A stretch of 64,000 nucleotides of DNA from Verrucomicrobiia bacterium. GTDB lineage: Bacteria > Verrucomicrobiota > Verrucomicrobiia > Limisphaerales > DASXHY01. Location of the stretch: positions 3,575 to 67,574 of the forward strand of contig DASPIL010000073.1 of the NCBI GenBank assembly GCA_035629175.1. The letters run 5' to 3'. A program made the translations under genes and the position numbers. Shown in pieces: positions 9,175-19,277 of this stretch; positions within the stretch are counted from its first letter, which is position 1; each line of letters opens with the position of its first letter. The notes below the pieces were generated by a model. That model did no database searches. It saw only the letters and a program-made list of their open reading frames with translations, and had not been told where the DNA came from.

Positions 9175-9276
9175 TGTCCTTATTTGCGAAAAGTTTGCTT
9201 CCGAAAAAAGGCAAAACTGCCGGCGTGAAGTTTTTTAAGTTTTCCCTTGCCTGCGCCTGATGGCTATAGGTATGTT

Positions 9277-9286
9277 TGATATATCA
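9277..9286. promoter_or_regulatory. YGATATATCA box, copy a (TGATATATCA)
   Basis: Perfect palindrome in the divergent intergenic region between the lipoprotein gene and the pseudopilin gene. It is preceded by the -10-like TATGTT. Confidence 0.5.
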
Positions 9287-9506
9287 CGAATGAGCGCCTC
9301 ACTTTTAACATGTGGAACCTCGAAGTGCATTCCGACAAAGTTCTCTCCCGTTTTTCGCATGTGCATCAGTGCGGAAACACACTGCGGCTGACTCTGGACT
9401 GAACGCCCGTCACCGAGTGCAACGTCAAGACACTATTCGAATTATGAACCGGAAAATGAGCATCAACTACGTGCGTGACTTTGGACGAGTGTCGCATGAG
9501 AGAAAA

Positions 9507-10214
9507 ATGAAGAGAGGGGCGGCATTCACGCTGATTGAACTGCTGGTGGTGATCGCTATTATTGCCATTTTGGCGGCCATGCTTTTGCCGGCTTTGGCGA
9601 AGGCGAAACAAAAAGCTCAAAGAACTTCGTGCGCCAATAATCTGAGGCAGTTCACGCTGGCATTCACGATCTTCGCCATGGATGCGAAGGACAAGTTTCC
9701 CTGGGACGCTTCAATCATGGATGGAGGGGTTCAAAAGCCCAACAACTATGGAAACGTATTAATCGTCTCGTTGTTCAACACGGTTTCAAACCAACTGCCC
9801 ACGCCTTTCATCACGGCATGCCCTGCTGACAAAGCGGCCGTTCCCGTCCGGAGCTGGGCAGAGTTCGATAAAACCAATACCAGCTACGCGGTGTCGTTAG
9901 ATGCGAAACCTAAATACCCGCAATCGATTTTATGGATCGACAAGAATTTTTGGCCGGCATCGCCCAGAAAGCATTACATCTCCAAAACGCCTGTGGGTGA
10001 CGGGGACACTGCGTCCGTCAATCAGATTGCTTGGGACAACAAGACCCACGTGAGATCAGGCAATTTTTCTCAGGCGGATGGCAGTGTTCAGCAGGTCAAC
10101 ATCCCCGGCTTGCAGACCGCCTTCACGAGCTATCTCGATGCTGTGGGCACCGATAATTACGCGAGCCGGATTACAAAAATGCCATTCAATCAAGTCTATA
10201 TGCTGCAGGACTGA
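9507..10214 (+). CDS. Prepilin-type N-terminal cleavage/methylation domain protein, H-X9-DG (DUF1559-like) family
   Basis: N-terminus [48 protein letters not shown], and a C-terminal [12 protein letters not shown] (H-X9-DG). The track ORF starts at 9312 (GTG). I prefer the ATG at 9507; an ATG at 9444 is also possible. Confidence 0.85.
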   Translation: MKRGAAFTLIELLVVIAIIAILAAMLLPALAKAKQKAQRTSCANNLRQFTLAFTIFAMDAKDKFPWDASIMDGGVQKPNNYGNVLIVSLFNTVSNQLPTPFITACPADKAAVPVRSWAEFDKTNTSYAVSLDAKPKYPQSILWIDKNFWPASPRKHYISKTPVGDGDTASVNQIAWDNKTHVRSGNFSQADGSVQQVNIPGLQTAFTSYLDAVGTDNYASRITKMPFNQVYMLQD

Positions 10215-10307
10215 CGGGCTCTGCGCTCCAGACTGTCTTACCCCCAGGCCGGTTTAATGTCTCCGACAGAATGTCGCCACCCCCCGGTGACTCAAACAAA
10301 ACAACCC

Positions 10308-12506
10308 ATGAAAAAACATATTGATCCACAGGCAAGGATTCCCAGGGCGTTTCTCGCAACGGCTGCGCTCCTTATCCTAACCACGCGTGCGTTCGCGGTC
10401 GATTTCCAATGGACCGGCTCGGCGGCCAACGGGTATTGGGGCGACGCAAACAATTGGTCACCGCTGGGTGTTCCAAATGATGGGGTTAATGACACGGCCA
10501 CACTTCCGAGAATTGGTTTCACCAATATCGTGCTTGCAGACGCTAACGGCATGCCGGCCTCGTATGTCGTTACTAATCTTGTAATCAACTCGACGAACGA
10601 AGCGGTTGCTAATGTTGTCACGATCCCGGCTGGCCAGTCCCTTCAAACCACTTTTTTTCTTCTAGGTCCCGGAGATCTCGAAGAACTGGCTACTACGCAC
10701 TTCAGGGTGTCCGGCGAAGGAGAATTGAGAATCACGCCTTCAAATCAAAGAAGTGACGAGGTGGTTCGAATCGGAAGAAGTTCAAGTGGTCCGGGCAACA
10801 TCGCAACTTTGGATCTTTCCGGTCTGAACAGCTTCTATGTGACCAACAGCGGACGTTTCGTCATCGGCGATAAAAGCGGGGACGGAATGCCGGGAACAAT
10901 CATTCTAGCCACGAACAGCACGATTTCCACCACCGAGTTCGATCTCGGATTCGATCCCGCTGGGATGGAAACCATCCTGTTGGGTGTCGGCACCAACAGG
11001 CTTCAGGGGACGATCCGGATGGCGGTTGGAACGGCTGGCATGGGGACGATCAAGTTTCAGGACGGTGACACCAACGGTGTTGCCATTTTCCGCAACCGCG
11101 CTGGCACCGGAAAGATGGATATTCAAATGCAGCAGTCCAACAGTGAGTCGACGAATGACGTGACGAACTTGATTGATCTCAGAGGGCACCATGCAGACTT
11201 GAACGTCAGACTGTTCCGGCAATCAGCCCTCAATACACTTGGTATTCACACTGGACGAAAAGGAGTGATCGACAACCGTTTTTATTTCGATCGTGGGATA
11301 TTCAACATGGATAGTGCCTTGTTGGGGTGGGCGGGTGATAACACCAATAACGTGAATCTTTTCAGCATAGGCGGCGGGGCGGTAAACGTCACGGCGGTGA
11401 ATCAATTTACATCCGTGGCGATCGGCTTGTCGGGAATAGCGCCAGCCACGCTGCATATCGGCGGTGGCAGCCTCACTGTGTTGAACGGGGGGATAGGAAA
11501 GTATACGCTGGTCGATACTGCGAATGTCGCCACCTTGATTTTAAACAGTACCAACAGCGCCGATCCTGCCGTGCTTGATATGAACGGGAATTACATTGGG
11601 ACGGACACCGCTCCGCTGGATATTGTGGAATTCCTGGCAGGGACGCTCAAGAACCTGTCGCAATTCAATGGAGGAAGCAATCTGGTGAAGAGCGGACCGG
11701 GGGTCCTGACCTTGTCGGGAACCAATGCATATACCGGCGGAACTGTGGTCGAAAGCGGGACCCTGGTCGTCGACAGCGACGATGCCTTAAGCGATAACAC
11801 GCCGAGTTTCGCTCTGATGGGCAGCGTTCTCGACGTTTCCGGTCTATCTGGCGGAACTCTGGTGTTGGGTGCGCTGATGCCGCAAACCCTTCAGGGCTCG
11901 GGAACAATTCTAGGGAGCCTTGACGTGCGGAACGGTTCAACCCTTTCCCTTGGAAATCCCACCGGGACGCTTACCGTGACGAACGCCGTCACGCTGGCCG
12001 GCACGACCATGGTTTCGCTGGATCGAAGTGCGACGCCCAACAGCGGCCGGCTTCAGGCGGCGAACATCACGTTTGGTGGAGAAATCATTGTCACCAATGC
12101 GGGCGCGGGATTGCTGGCGGGCCAGAGCTTCCAACTGTTCAGTGGTCCCAGCACCGGGACCTTCGCGTCAGTGAGCCTGCCGGCCACCGATCATAACGGA
12201 GCCAATTATACTTGGACTGACAAACTGGCAATCGACGGCACAATTCAGGTGTTGACCTCGTCCGTCACCGGGCCGAACCCTGATCCCACTCCGACGAACA
12301 TCACGGCCACAGTCACCGGCAATTCAGTCACCCTCGCGTGGCCGGAGAGTCACACCGGCTGGTTGCTGCAGGTCCAGACGAATTCCCTCTCAATCGGGAT
12401 CAGCCCGGATTGGCACACCATTCCGGGATCGGAAAACAGCAATGAGTTGATTCATAACATTGATCGTTCCCAAGGGAGCGTGTTCTTCCGCCTTGTGTAT
12501 CCTTGA
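10308..12506 (+). CDS. Secreted autotransporter-associated beta-strand (PATR) repeat protein
   Basis: Signal peptide MKKHIDPQARIPRAFLATAALLILTTRAFA and PATR unit LVKSGPGVLTLSGTNAYTGGTVVESGTLVV. The track start at 10257 is replaced by the ATG at 10308. Confidence 0.8.
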   Translation: MKKHIDPQARIPRAFLATAALLILTTRAFAVDFQWTGSAANGYWGDANNWSPLGVPNDGVNDTATLPRIGFTNIVLADANGMPASYVVTNLVINSTNEAVANVVTIPAGQSLQTTFFLLGPGDLEELATTHFRVSGEGELRITPSNQRSDEVVRIGRSSSGPGNIATLDLSGLNSFYVTNSGRFVIGDKSGDGMPGTIILATNSTISTTEFDLGFDPAGMETILLGVGTNRLQGTIRMAVGTAGMGTIKFQDGDTNGVAIFRNRAGTGKMDIQMQQSNSESTNDVTNLIDLRGHHADLNVRLFRQSALNTLGIHTGRKGVIDNRFYFDRGIFNMDSALLGWAGDNTNNVNLFSIGGGAVNVTAVNQFTSVAIGLSGIAPATLHIGGGSLTVLNGGIGKYTLVDTANVATLILNSTNSADPAVLDMNGNYIGTDTAPLDIVEFLAGTLKNLSQFNGGSNLVKSGPGVLTLSGTNAYTGGTVVESGTLVVDSDDALSDNTPSFALMGSVLDVSGLSGGTLVLGALMPQTLQGSGTILGSLDVRNGSTLSLGNPTGTLTVTNAVTLAGTTMVSLDRSATPNSGRLQAANITFGGEIIVTNAGAGLLAGQSFQLFSGPSTGTFASVSLPATDHNGANYTWTDKLAIDGTIQVLTSSVTGPNPDPTPTNITATVTGNSVTLAWPESHTGWLLQVQTNSLSIGISPDWHTIPGSENSNELIHNIDRSQGSVFFRLVYP

Positions 12507-12543
12507 ACGAACCAGGGTAGCGGGTTGAATCAGTTTCAGCGCA

Positions 12544-12569
12544 CGGCCGAAGGTCAATTCCTTCGGCCG
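12544..12569 (+). terminator. Perfect 10-bp stem / 6-nt loop hairpin (possible terminator, attenuator or processing site)
   Basis: cggccgaagg tcaatt ccttcggccg. No U-run follows on either strand, so it is not a canonical intrinsic terminator. Confidence 0.3.
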
Positions 12570-12650
12570 GTCTGCTGGATGTGTTCCAGTTCGTTGGGCC
12601 CATCGAAGCTTGTGCGAATACGTGAGGAAACGCCCCCAACCAATAAAACA

Positions 12651-13436
12651 ATGCCAAAGTTTGCAGCAAACCTGACCATGCTTTTCACTGAAGCGCCATT
12701 CATGGAGCGCTTTGCCCTGGCGCGAAGGGCGGGCTTCACGTATGTCGAATATCTTCTGCCCTATTCCTACGAAGCTAAAGATTTGAAAGCTCAGCTGCGT
12801 GAGAACGGCCTGCAACAGGTGCTGTTCAATCTGCCGTGCGGCGATTGGACGGCAGGGGACCGCGGCATTGCCGCTCATCCCGGACGGAAGGACGAGTTTC
12901 GCGCCGGAGTAGAAAAGGCCATCAGCTACGCCAAAGCTCTCGGAGTAGCCCGGCTCAATTGTCTTGCCGGCAAGAGAACTTCAGGGTTCACCGAGGAGCA
13001 GCATTGGGAAACACTTGCCAGCAATGTTCAGTATGCCGCCGAAGCACTGAGATCGGACGGATTGACGTTGTTGGTTGAGGCCATCAATCACTATGACATT
13101 CCGGATTTTTTCCTGCACCGCACAGAGCAAGTGCTGAAGCTGATCGATCAGGTGAAGCAACCCAATGTGCTGATGCAGTATGACATTTATCATGCGCAGC
13201 GGGAGGAGGGCGAAATTACCGCAACGCTGCGCCGGAACATCTCGCGGATCGGACACATACAAGTAGCCGACAATCCCGGACGGAATCAGCCTGGCACGGG
13301 CGAAATTAATTTTCCCTTTCTGTTCAAGGAACTCGAAACGCTCAGCTACGACGGCTATATCGGGCTTGAGTACGTGCCGAAAGGCCCGAGCGGAGATTCA
13401 TTCGGCTGGATGAATGAGGCTGGGCATAAGTCGTGA
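12651..13436 (+). CDS. hyi: Hydroxypyruvate isomerase
   Basis: MPKFAANLTMLFTEAPFMERF...IACHPGR-type...GTGEINFPFLFKELE tracks E. coli Hyi along its whole length. The track ORF (12525) is trimmed to the ATG at 12651. Confidence 0.8.
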   Translation: MPKFAANLTMLFTEAPFMERFALARRAGFTYVEYLLPYSYEAKDLKAQLRENGLQQVLFNLPCGDWTAGDRGIAAHPGRKDEFRAGVEKAISYAKALGVARLNCLAGKRTSGFTEEQHWETLASNVQYAAEALRSDGLTLLVEAINHYDIPDFFLHRTEQVLKLIDQVKQPNVLMQYDIYHAQREEGEITATLRRNISRIGHIQVADNPGRNQPGTGEINFPFLFKELETLSYDGYIGLEYVPKGPSGDSFGWMNEAGHKS

Positions 13437-13467
13437 GCGGATCGCGAATAATCGTTCGAATACAACT

Positions 13468-14355
13468 ATGAAAATTGGCTTCATTGGGCTCGGAATCATG
13501 GGCAAACCCATGAGCAAAAATCTGCTGAAAGCAGGCTATGAACTCGTGGTTTGCGGACATGTGGCTCGTGGCAACGTGGAGGAACTGGTTGCTGCCGGTG
13601 CCCGGGAGGTGGCAACTCCGAAGGAAGTAGCTCAAGAGGTCGACGTTGTGCTCACCATGCTTCCCAACTCACCGCAGGTGATTGAAGTGGTGCTGGGAAA
13701 GGACGGCGTGATTGAAGGCGCTCGTCCGGGAATGATTCTAGCCGACATGAGTTCGATTGCTCCACTCGCCAGCCGCGAGCTGGCGGACCGCCTTGCCGAA
13801 AAGCAGGTGGAGATGCTTGACGCGCCGGTCAGTGGTGGCGAACCGAAAGCTATCGCGGGAACACTGTCTGTGATGGCTGGCGGCAAGCCGGAGGTTTTTG
13901 AGAAATGCCGGCCGATCTTTAATGCCATGGCGGCTTCAGTGGTGTTGACCGGAGATATCGGCGCCGGAAATGTGACAAAGCTGGCCAACCAGATCATTGT
14001 CGCTCTGAACATCGCGGCTATGTCAGAAGCGTTGGTGCTCGCCACCAAGGCGGGTGTCTCTCCGGAGCTTGTGTTCCAGGCTGTGCGAGGTGGGCTGGCG
14101 GGCAGCGCTGTCCTGGATGCCAAAGCGCCGCTCGTAATGGACCGAAACTTCAAACCCGGTTTCAAAATAAACCTTCACATCAAGGACCTCGCAAACGCCC
14201 TGGAAACCGCGCACGAAATCGGGGTCCCGCTTCCTCTGACGGCTTCCGTCATGGAACTGATGCAGACTCTCAAAGTTGACGAGATGGGAGATTCCGATCA
14301 CGGAGCATTGATCCGCTATTACGAGAAAATGGCGAAGGTTCAAGTTGCGAGATAG
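13468..14355 (+). CDS. garR: 2-hydroxy-3-oxopropionate (tartronate semialdehyde) reductase
   Basis: MKIGFIGLGIMGKPMSKNLLKAGY...DAPVSGGEPKAIAGTLSVMAGG...GAGNVTKLANQIIVALNIAAMSEAL...FKPGFKINLHIKDLANAL is very close to enterobacterial GarR/GlxR. Confidence 0.85.
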   Translation: MKIGFIGLGIMGKPMSKNLLKAGYELVVCGHVARGNVEELVAAGAREVATPKEVAQEVDVVLTMLPNSPQVIEVVLGKDGVIEGARPGMILADMSSIAPLASRELADRLAEKQVEMLDAPVSGGEPKAIAGTLSVMAGGKPEVFEKCRPIFNAMAASVVLTGDIGAGNVTKLANQIIVALNIAAMSEALVLATKAGVSPELVFQAVRGGLAGSAVLDAKAPLVMDRNFKPGFKINLHIKDLANALETAHEIGVPLPLTASVMELMQTLKVDEMGDSDHGALIRYYEKMAKVQVAR

Positions 14356-14378
14356 ATCCCCGGCGCCACGTTTTTAAT

Positions 14379-15650
14379 TTGAAAAAACTAATCAAGAATC
14401 GTTGGTGGGTTGTATTCCTTCTGTTCACCGGGACCTTCATTAACGCTTTGGATCGAGGCAGCATTTCGACGGCGGCTCCGTTCATCATGACGGATCTAAA
14501 GATTGATCCAGCCATGATGGGCATCATTCTCTCCTCCTTTTTTTGGGCGTACCTGGCATTGAACATTCCTGCTGGAATCCTGGCGGATAAATTTGGCCCC
14601 AAAGCCACTTTGGGCTGGTCCGCTTTTATCTGGTCCGCTTTTTCGGCGTTGACCGGACTCGCTACGCAGTTCTGGCATGTGTTGCTTTTCCGAATCGGGG
14701 TCGGCGTGGGCGAAGCGGCAATTAATCCGGTGAACACAAAAGTGGTCCGGGCGACGTTCGTATCTGAAGAACGCGGAACTGCGGTCGGAATTTACCTTTC
14801 CGGTTTTCGGTTGGGCTTTGCAGCAGCGCCGGTCGTAATGGCTTACCTGATTCAGATCTTCAACTGGCGTTATGCCTTTCTCATAACGGGAATTGGCAGT
14901 CTCGGCTGGGTGGCACTCTGGTATTTGACCTATAGCGAGTCCAGGAAGGAGGAATCCGCGAGTGCCAGCGCGTCGAAGAAGATTCCCTGGACGAAGCTGC
15001 TGCGTCATCGAAACGTTCTCGGCGTGGTCATGTGCAAGTTTTTCCAGGATTACTCCTTTTATCTTTTTGTGACATGGCTGCCTGCGTATCTCGTAATGGA
15101 ACGCGGTTTTACGCTTGTCAAGAGCGGTTGGTATTCGGCGTTGCCTTGGATCGCTGCGTTCATGTTTCAACCGGTGGCGGGAAAAATTTCTGACTGGCTG
15201 ATCAAGCGCGGCTTGACGGTGACGCAATCACGAAAGGGTTGCATCGTGGTGCTCCAGTTCCTGGCGGCTTCGATCGTTTGCGCCGGTTATGTGGATAGCG
15301 CGATTCTGGCGGTCTGGATTCTGGCGGCGTGCCTGGCATTCGAATCCGGCGCGAGCGTCGTTCTCTGGGCCGTTTGCGCGGAAGTGGCGCCAAACAAAGC
15401 GTCTGCCTCAGTGGGTGGAATCATGAACACGGCCGGCGCTCTCGGCGGCATCCTGGCTCCAATCATTACCGGATTGCTGCTGACGTGGACAGGAAGCTTT
15501 CAGTACGCCCTGTTAGTCGCCGGTTGCATGTTCGTTTTCGCGTCGCTTTCCATGTGGTTCGTAGTCGGAAAAGTGGAGACTATTTCACTCGACGACGACG
15601 ACGCACCCAAAACTTCGGCGTCCGCGCCTCCCGCGGCACAGGCCACCTGA
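14379..15650 (+). CDS. MFS transporter, anion:cation symporter (ACS) type (sugar-acid transporter, GarP/GudP/ExuT-like)
   Basis: 423 aa and about 12 TM helices, with the ACS-like motifs LDRGSISTAAP and GVGEAA. The start is apparently TTG. Confidence 0.8.
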   Translation: MKKLIKNRWWVVFLLFTGTFINALDRGSISTAAPFIMTDLKIDPAMMGIILSSFFWAYLALNIPAGILADKFGPKATLGWSAFIWSAFSALTGLATQFWHVLLFRIGVGVGEAAINPVNTKVVRATFVSEERGTAVGIYLSGFRLGFAAAPVVMAYLIQIFNWRYAFLITGIGSLGWVALWYLTYSESRKEESASASASKKIPWTKLLRHRNVLGVVMCKFFQDYSFYLFVTWLPAYLVMERGFTLVKSGWYSALPWIAAFMFQPVAGKISDWLIKRGLTVTQSRKGCIVVLQFLAASIVCAGYVDSAILAVWILAACLAFESGASVVLWAVCAEVAPNKASASVGGIMNTAGALGGILAPIITGLLLTWTGSFQYALLVAGCMFVFASLSMWFVVGKVETISLDDDDAPKTSASAPPAAQAT

Positions 15651-15659
15651 AGAGGTCCG

Positions 15660-16436
15660 ATGAATAACAACCTGAAGCAACGATTAAAGGCAGGCGAAAG
15701 CCTGGTCGGAACGATGGTTACTGCGTTCGACAACCCGCAGATTGCCAAGATCGTCAAGCTCTGCGGCTTCGATTGGTTCGTCATCGATTGCGAGCATGGG
15801 TCTTTCGATTACAGCAAGGTTGCGAACGTCCTTGCGCTGGCTCGCGAAATTAGAATTCCCGCGATTGTGCGCATCCCTGAAGTTCGGCGCGGGGTGATCC
15901 TTAAGTACATGGAAATGGGTGCTGCAGGATTGCTGCTGCCGAACGCCGAAACAGTGGAGCAGGCTGAATTGCTCGTGAGGTACGCCAAGTATGCTCCACT
16001 GGGCGATCGAGGAGTCTCGTTGTTTCGGCCGCACAGCGGTTACGAGAAAGTTGAGAACGCTGGTGAATACATGGCGAATACCAATCAGGAAACGGTGCTG
16101 ATGGTTCAGATCGAGTCGCGGAAAGCCGTGCAGAACGCCGGTGAGATTCTGGCCGTCGAAGGCATTGACGCGGCTTTTGTTGGTCCGAGTGACTTGTCGC
16201 AAAGCCTGGGAATTCCCGGACAGTTGGGAAATCCTGAATTCATCAATGCAGTGGATCAGGTGATCGCAGCTGCGAAACAGCAGGGAAAGTATTCCGGCCT
16301 TCACGTCATGACCAACACCGAGGCTTTGGACCCGTGGATCGCCAAAGGCATGACCCTGAATCTTTGGTCCAACGAGATTCTTCTCCTTATGCAGGCCGCT
16401 CGCGAAGGGTTGGCAAGGTTCAAACGAACGCCATGA
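15660..16436 (+). CDS. HpcH/HpaI-family 2-keto-3-deoxy-sugar-acid aldolase (GarL-like)
   Basis: GFDWFVIDCEHGS, PAIVRIPE, RYAKYAPLGDRG, QIESRKAV and FVGPSDLS are typical HpcH/HpaI aldolase blocks. Confidence 0.8.
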   Translation: MNNNLKQRLKAGESLVGTMVTAFDNPQIAKIVKLCGFDWFVIDCEHGSFDYSKVANVLALAREIRIPAIVRIPEVRRGVILKYMEMGAAGLLLPNAETVEQAELLVRYAKYAPLGDRGVSLFRPHSGYEKVENAGEYMANTNQETVLMVQIESRKAVQNAGEILAVEGIDAAFVGPSDLSQSLGIPGQLGNPEFINAVDQVIAAAKQQGKYSGLHVMTNTEALDPWIAKGMTLNLWSNEILLLMQAAREGLARFKRTP

Positions 16437-16452
16437 GTCACGCAGGAAAAAC

Positions 16453-17619
16453 ATGTCGCTGAAGGTTCTGATAGCTCCCGACAAGTTTAAGGGGACACTG
16501 ACCGCCAGAGCCGCTGCTGAAGTTATGGCTGCCGGTTGGCTGTCGGCATTTCCCGATGCTTCTGTCCGGATGCTTCCGATGAGCGACGGCGGAGATGGCT
16601 TTGGTGAACTTCTCGGTTCATTGCTGAAAGCCACGGTTCAAACCATAAAGACCGTTGATGCCGCTTCGCGTCCCTGCGTGGCGCAATGGTGGTGGGAGCC
16701 AAAGACCAAAACGGCGGTAATTGAATCCGCTGAAGTGGTCGGAATGGCAGGATTGCCGGCTGGGCGCTTTCATCCGTTCGAGCTCGATACCTTCGGTTTG
16801 GGCGCTGTTGTCAAAGCTGCAACAGAGATGGGTGCTAAAAAAGCAATCATCGGCATCGGTGGAAGTGCGACGAACGACGGTGGATTCGGCCTCGCTAGGA
16901 GCGTGGGATGGAAGTTCATCGATTCGAACAATCAACCACTCGAACAGTGGATAAGGTTGGAAGCGCTCGCCGGGATTAAACCGCCGCATCGGATCTGCTG
17001 GCCGAAGGACCTTTCGATTGCCGTCGATGTTCAAAACCCGCTGCTCGGAAGGAAGGGCGCGACTCGTGTTTATGGACCTCAGAAAGGTTTGCGTGCCGAA
17101 GATATTGATCACTCTGAGAGATGCCTGACGCGGCTGGCTCAGGTGGTGAAAAAGGATTGCGGATTGGGGCTCGCACGCGTGGCCGGTTCAGGTGCGGCTG
17201 GCGGTCTTGGATTCGGATTAGCCGCTTTTCTAGGCGCGAAGCTCGAGCCGGGGTTTGAACTCTTTGCCAAGCGTGCGGGGTTAGAGGAGCGCCTGAGTTG
17301 GGCCGACATAGTGGTGACCGGCGAAGGATCGATCGATGATTCCACCCTCATGGGAAAGGGCGTCGGCCAGATTGCGGCGCGTTGCCGCGAACTGCAGGTT
17401 CCCTGCATCGGACTCGCAGGAAGTGTCACCTTCAGCCGCCGTTCCCATGCGTTCGCGAAAACTTATGCCCTCACCGACTTGACCACGGATGTCCGGGCTA
17501 AAGCCAGAGCAGCGTTCTGGCTTGAGCGCGCAGCAAAACGGGCTGGCCAGGAATGGCTTCGGGATGCGGAATGGTTGACGCGTCCTGCGACACCCCGGGA
17601 TTCCGCTGGAGCTTTTTGA
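16453..17619 (+). CDS. Glycerate kinase
   Basis: The N-terminus LIAPDKFKGTLTARAAAEVMAAGW...PMSDGGDGFGE and GGSATNDGGFG are glycerate kinase (GarK/GlxK family) signatures. Confidence 0.85.
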   Translation: MSLKVLIAPDKFKGTLTARAAAEVMAAGWLSAFPDASVRMLPMSDGGDGFGELLGSLLKATVQTIKTVDAASRPCVAQWWWEPKTKTAVIESAEVVGMAGLPAGRFHPFELDTFGLGAVVKAATEMGAKKAIIGIGGSATNDGGFGLARSVGWKFIDSNNQPLEQWIRLEALAGIKPPHRICWPKDLSIAVDVQNPLLGRKGATRVYGPQKGLRAEDIDHSERCLTRLAQVVKKDCGLGLARVAGSGAAGGLGFGLAAFLGAKLEPGFELFAKRAGLEERLSWADIVVTGEGSIDDSTLMGKGVGQIAARCRELQVPCIGLAGSVTFSRRSHAFAKTYALTDLTTDVRAKARAAFWLERAAKRAGQEWLRDAEWLTRPATPRDSAGAF

Positions 17620-17678
17620 GCTCATGCACGCACGCACTCATTCGCCGGTGAGCTTTGAACCGAAGGAGAACAGCATTT

Positions 17679-19130
17679 ATGAACAAACCTCGAATGATAG
17701 ATGAGACTATGGCGCCCTCCTTGTTCGATCATCATTTGTCCCGCCGCACTGCGCTGAGTGTCGCCGCACTGGCAGCTGTGGGTTTCAACTTGCCCGGCGG
17801 AATCCGCGTTGCCCCCGCCGCGGACCGTTCAGACGCTGGGACGATATCGAACGTACTGAAGCGGGATCAGATCGGAGCCACGGTCGCCCGGCTTTTGGCG
17901 AAGCAACCCGCCACGGATCTGCACACGCACTGTTACAGTCCTCGATTCGCTTACAGCTCCAAACCGGGAGGACTGCTGCTTTTCGGAATCGATGAATTGC
18001 TGACTTATCACTATCTCGTCGCTGAGGTTTTCCGCGTCGTGCCGCCGTCACAACTGAGCTACGAGCAGTTCTGGTCAATGACCAAGCCGGAACAGGCCAA
18101 TCATATCTGGAAGAATCTTTTCGTAGAGCGCACTCCGCTGAGCGAAGCCTGTCGCGGGGTCCTCACGACCTTGTCCCGGCTGGGCCTGGATCCGAACGAA
18201 AAGGATCTGAATCGGTTTCGCAAATGGTTCGCAGCTCAAAAGCCGGATGCTTACATCGACAAAGTCATGCAGCTGGCAAATGTCGATCAGATCACGATGA
18301 CGAATCCGGTGTTTGATGACGTGGAACGCGCGATGTGGGAGCGGGATCCGGACGTGGGCGGCGATTCGCGCTTCAAGCCGGTTTTGCGTTGTGATCAATT
18401 GCTAACCGACTGGCCATGGGTGGCACAAAAGCTGGTCTCCTGGGGTTACCGGGTGCGCGTGGATCTCGGTGGTCAGACCGTTGACGAAGTCAAGCGATGG
18501 CTCGGGTCCTGGCTTGATCGAATGAAGTCGGCCTATTTGGCCATGAGTCTTCCGCCCGATTGGGCGTATCCAAACGCGAACAACCCGGCTGCAGATCGCC
18601 TTACACGTGACTGCCTTTTGCCGGCGCTGCGCGAACGAGGGCTGTCATGGGCTTTGATGATTGGTGTGAACCGCGGAGTGAATCCAGCGCTTAGGGACGG
18701 TGGCGATGGCGGTGGACGGGGCGACGTCCAGAGCGTCGCAAATGTCTGTCGTGATTTCCCCGAGAACAAGTTTCTCGTCACCATGCTCTCACAGGAGAAT
18801 CAACATGAACTTTGTGTGGCGGCTCGGAAGTTTGGAAACCTGATGATTTTTGGCTGCTGGTGGTTTCTCAACAACCCCAGCCAGATTGAAGCCATCACGC
18901 GGATGCGCATTGAAATGCTGGGCACCACGTTTGTGGCTCAGCATTCGGACGCCCGCATTCTTGATCAGCTGGTTTACAAGTGGGAACACAATCGCCGGAT
19001 CATTGGCAAGGTGCTGACGGAGGAATATCTCAAGTTGTTGGAAACGGGTTTGAGTCTTCATGAGCATTCCATTCGGCAGGACGTTGCGCGGCTTCTACGG
19101 GAGAACTACCGCAATTTTGCTGGCGCCTGA
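17679..19130 (+). CDS. Amidohydrolase-fold protein, distantly uronate-isomerase (UxaC)-like, with twin-arginine signal-like N-terminus
   Basis: AAGGAG lies 10 nt upstream of the ATG at 17679. LSRRTALSVAALAAVG resembles a Tat motif. DLHTHCYSP metal-ligand-like motif. The function call is weak. Confidence 0.45.
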   Translation: MNKPRMIDETMAPSLFDHHLSRRTALSVAALAAVGFNLPGGIRVAPAADRSDAGTISNVLKRDQIGATVARLLAKQPATDLHTHCYSPRFAYSSKPGGLLLFGIDELLTYHYLVAEVFRVVPPSQLSYEQFWSMTKPEQANHIWKNLFVERTPLSEACRGVLTTLSRLGLDPNEKDLNRFRKWFAAQKPDAYIDKVMQLANVDQITMTNPVFDDVERAMWERDPDVGGDSRFKPVLRCDQLLTDWPWVAQKLVSWGYRVRVDLGGQTVDEVKRWLGSWLDRMKSAYLAMSLPPDWAYPNANNPAADRLTRDCLLPALRERGLSWALMIGVNRGVNPALRDGGDGGGRGDVQSVANVCRDFPENKFLVTMLSQENQHELCVAARKFGNLMIFGCWWFLNNPSQIEAITRMRIEMLGTTFVAQHSDARILDQLVYKWEHNRRIIGKVLTEEYLKLLETGLSLHEHSIRQDVARLLRENYRNFAGA

Positions 19131-19162
19131 CACATCTTTCCGATCGAACAGACACATCAATC

Positions 19163-19200
19163 TTGACACAAAGAATGCAGAAGGTATTCTCGATATATCA
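19163..19200 (+). promoter_or_regulatory. Sigma-70-like promoter TTGACA-N16-TATTCT abutting YGATATATCA box, copy b
   Basis: TTGACA at 19163-19168, TATTCT at 19185-19190 and CGATATATCA at 19191-19200. The box ends 78 nt upstream of the aldolase ATG at 19278. Confidence 0.5.
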
Positions 19201-19277
19201 AGTATGCAAGTGTGGGCCACGGGTACAGTATCGCAGTCCAAAGTGGACTGTATCTTGACGCGTCGGTGACAAAACCT

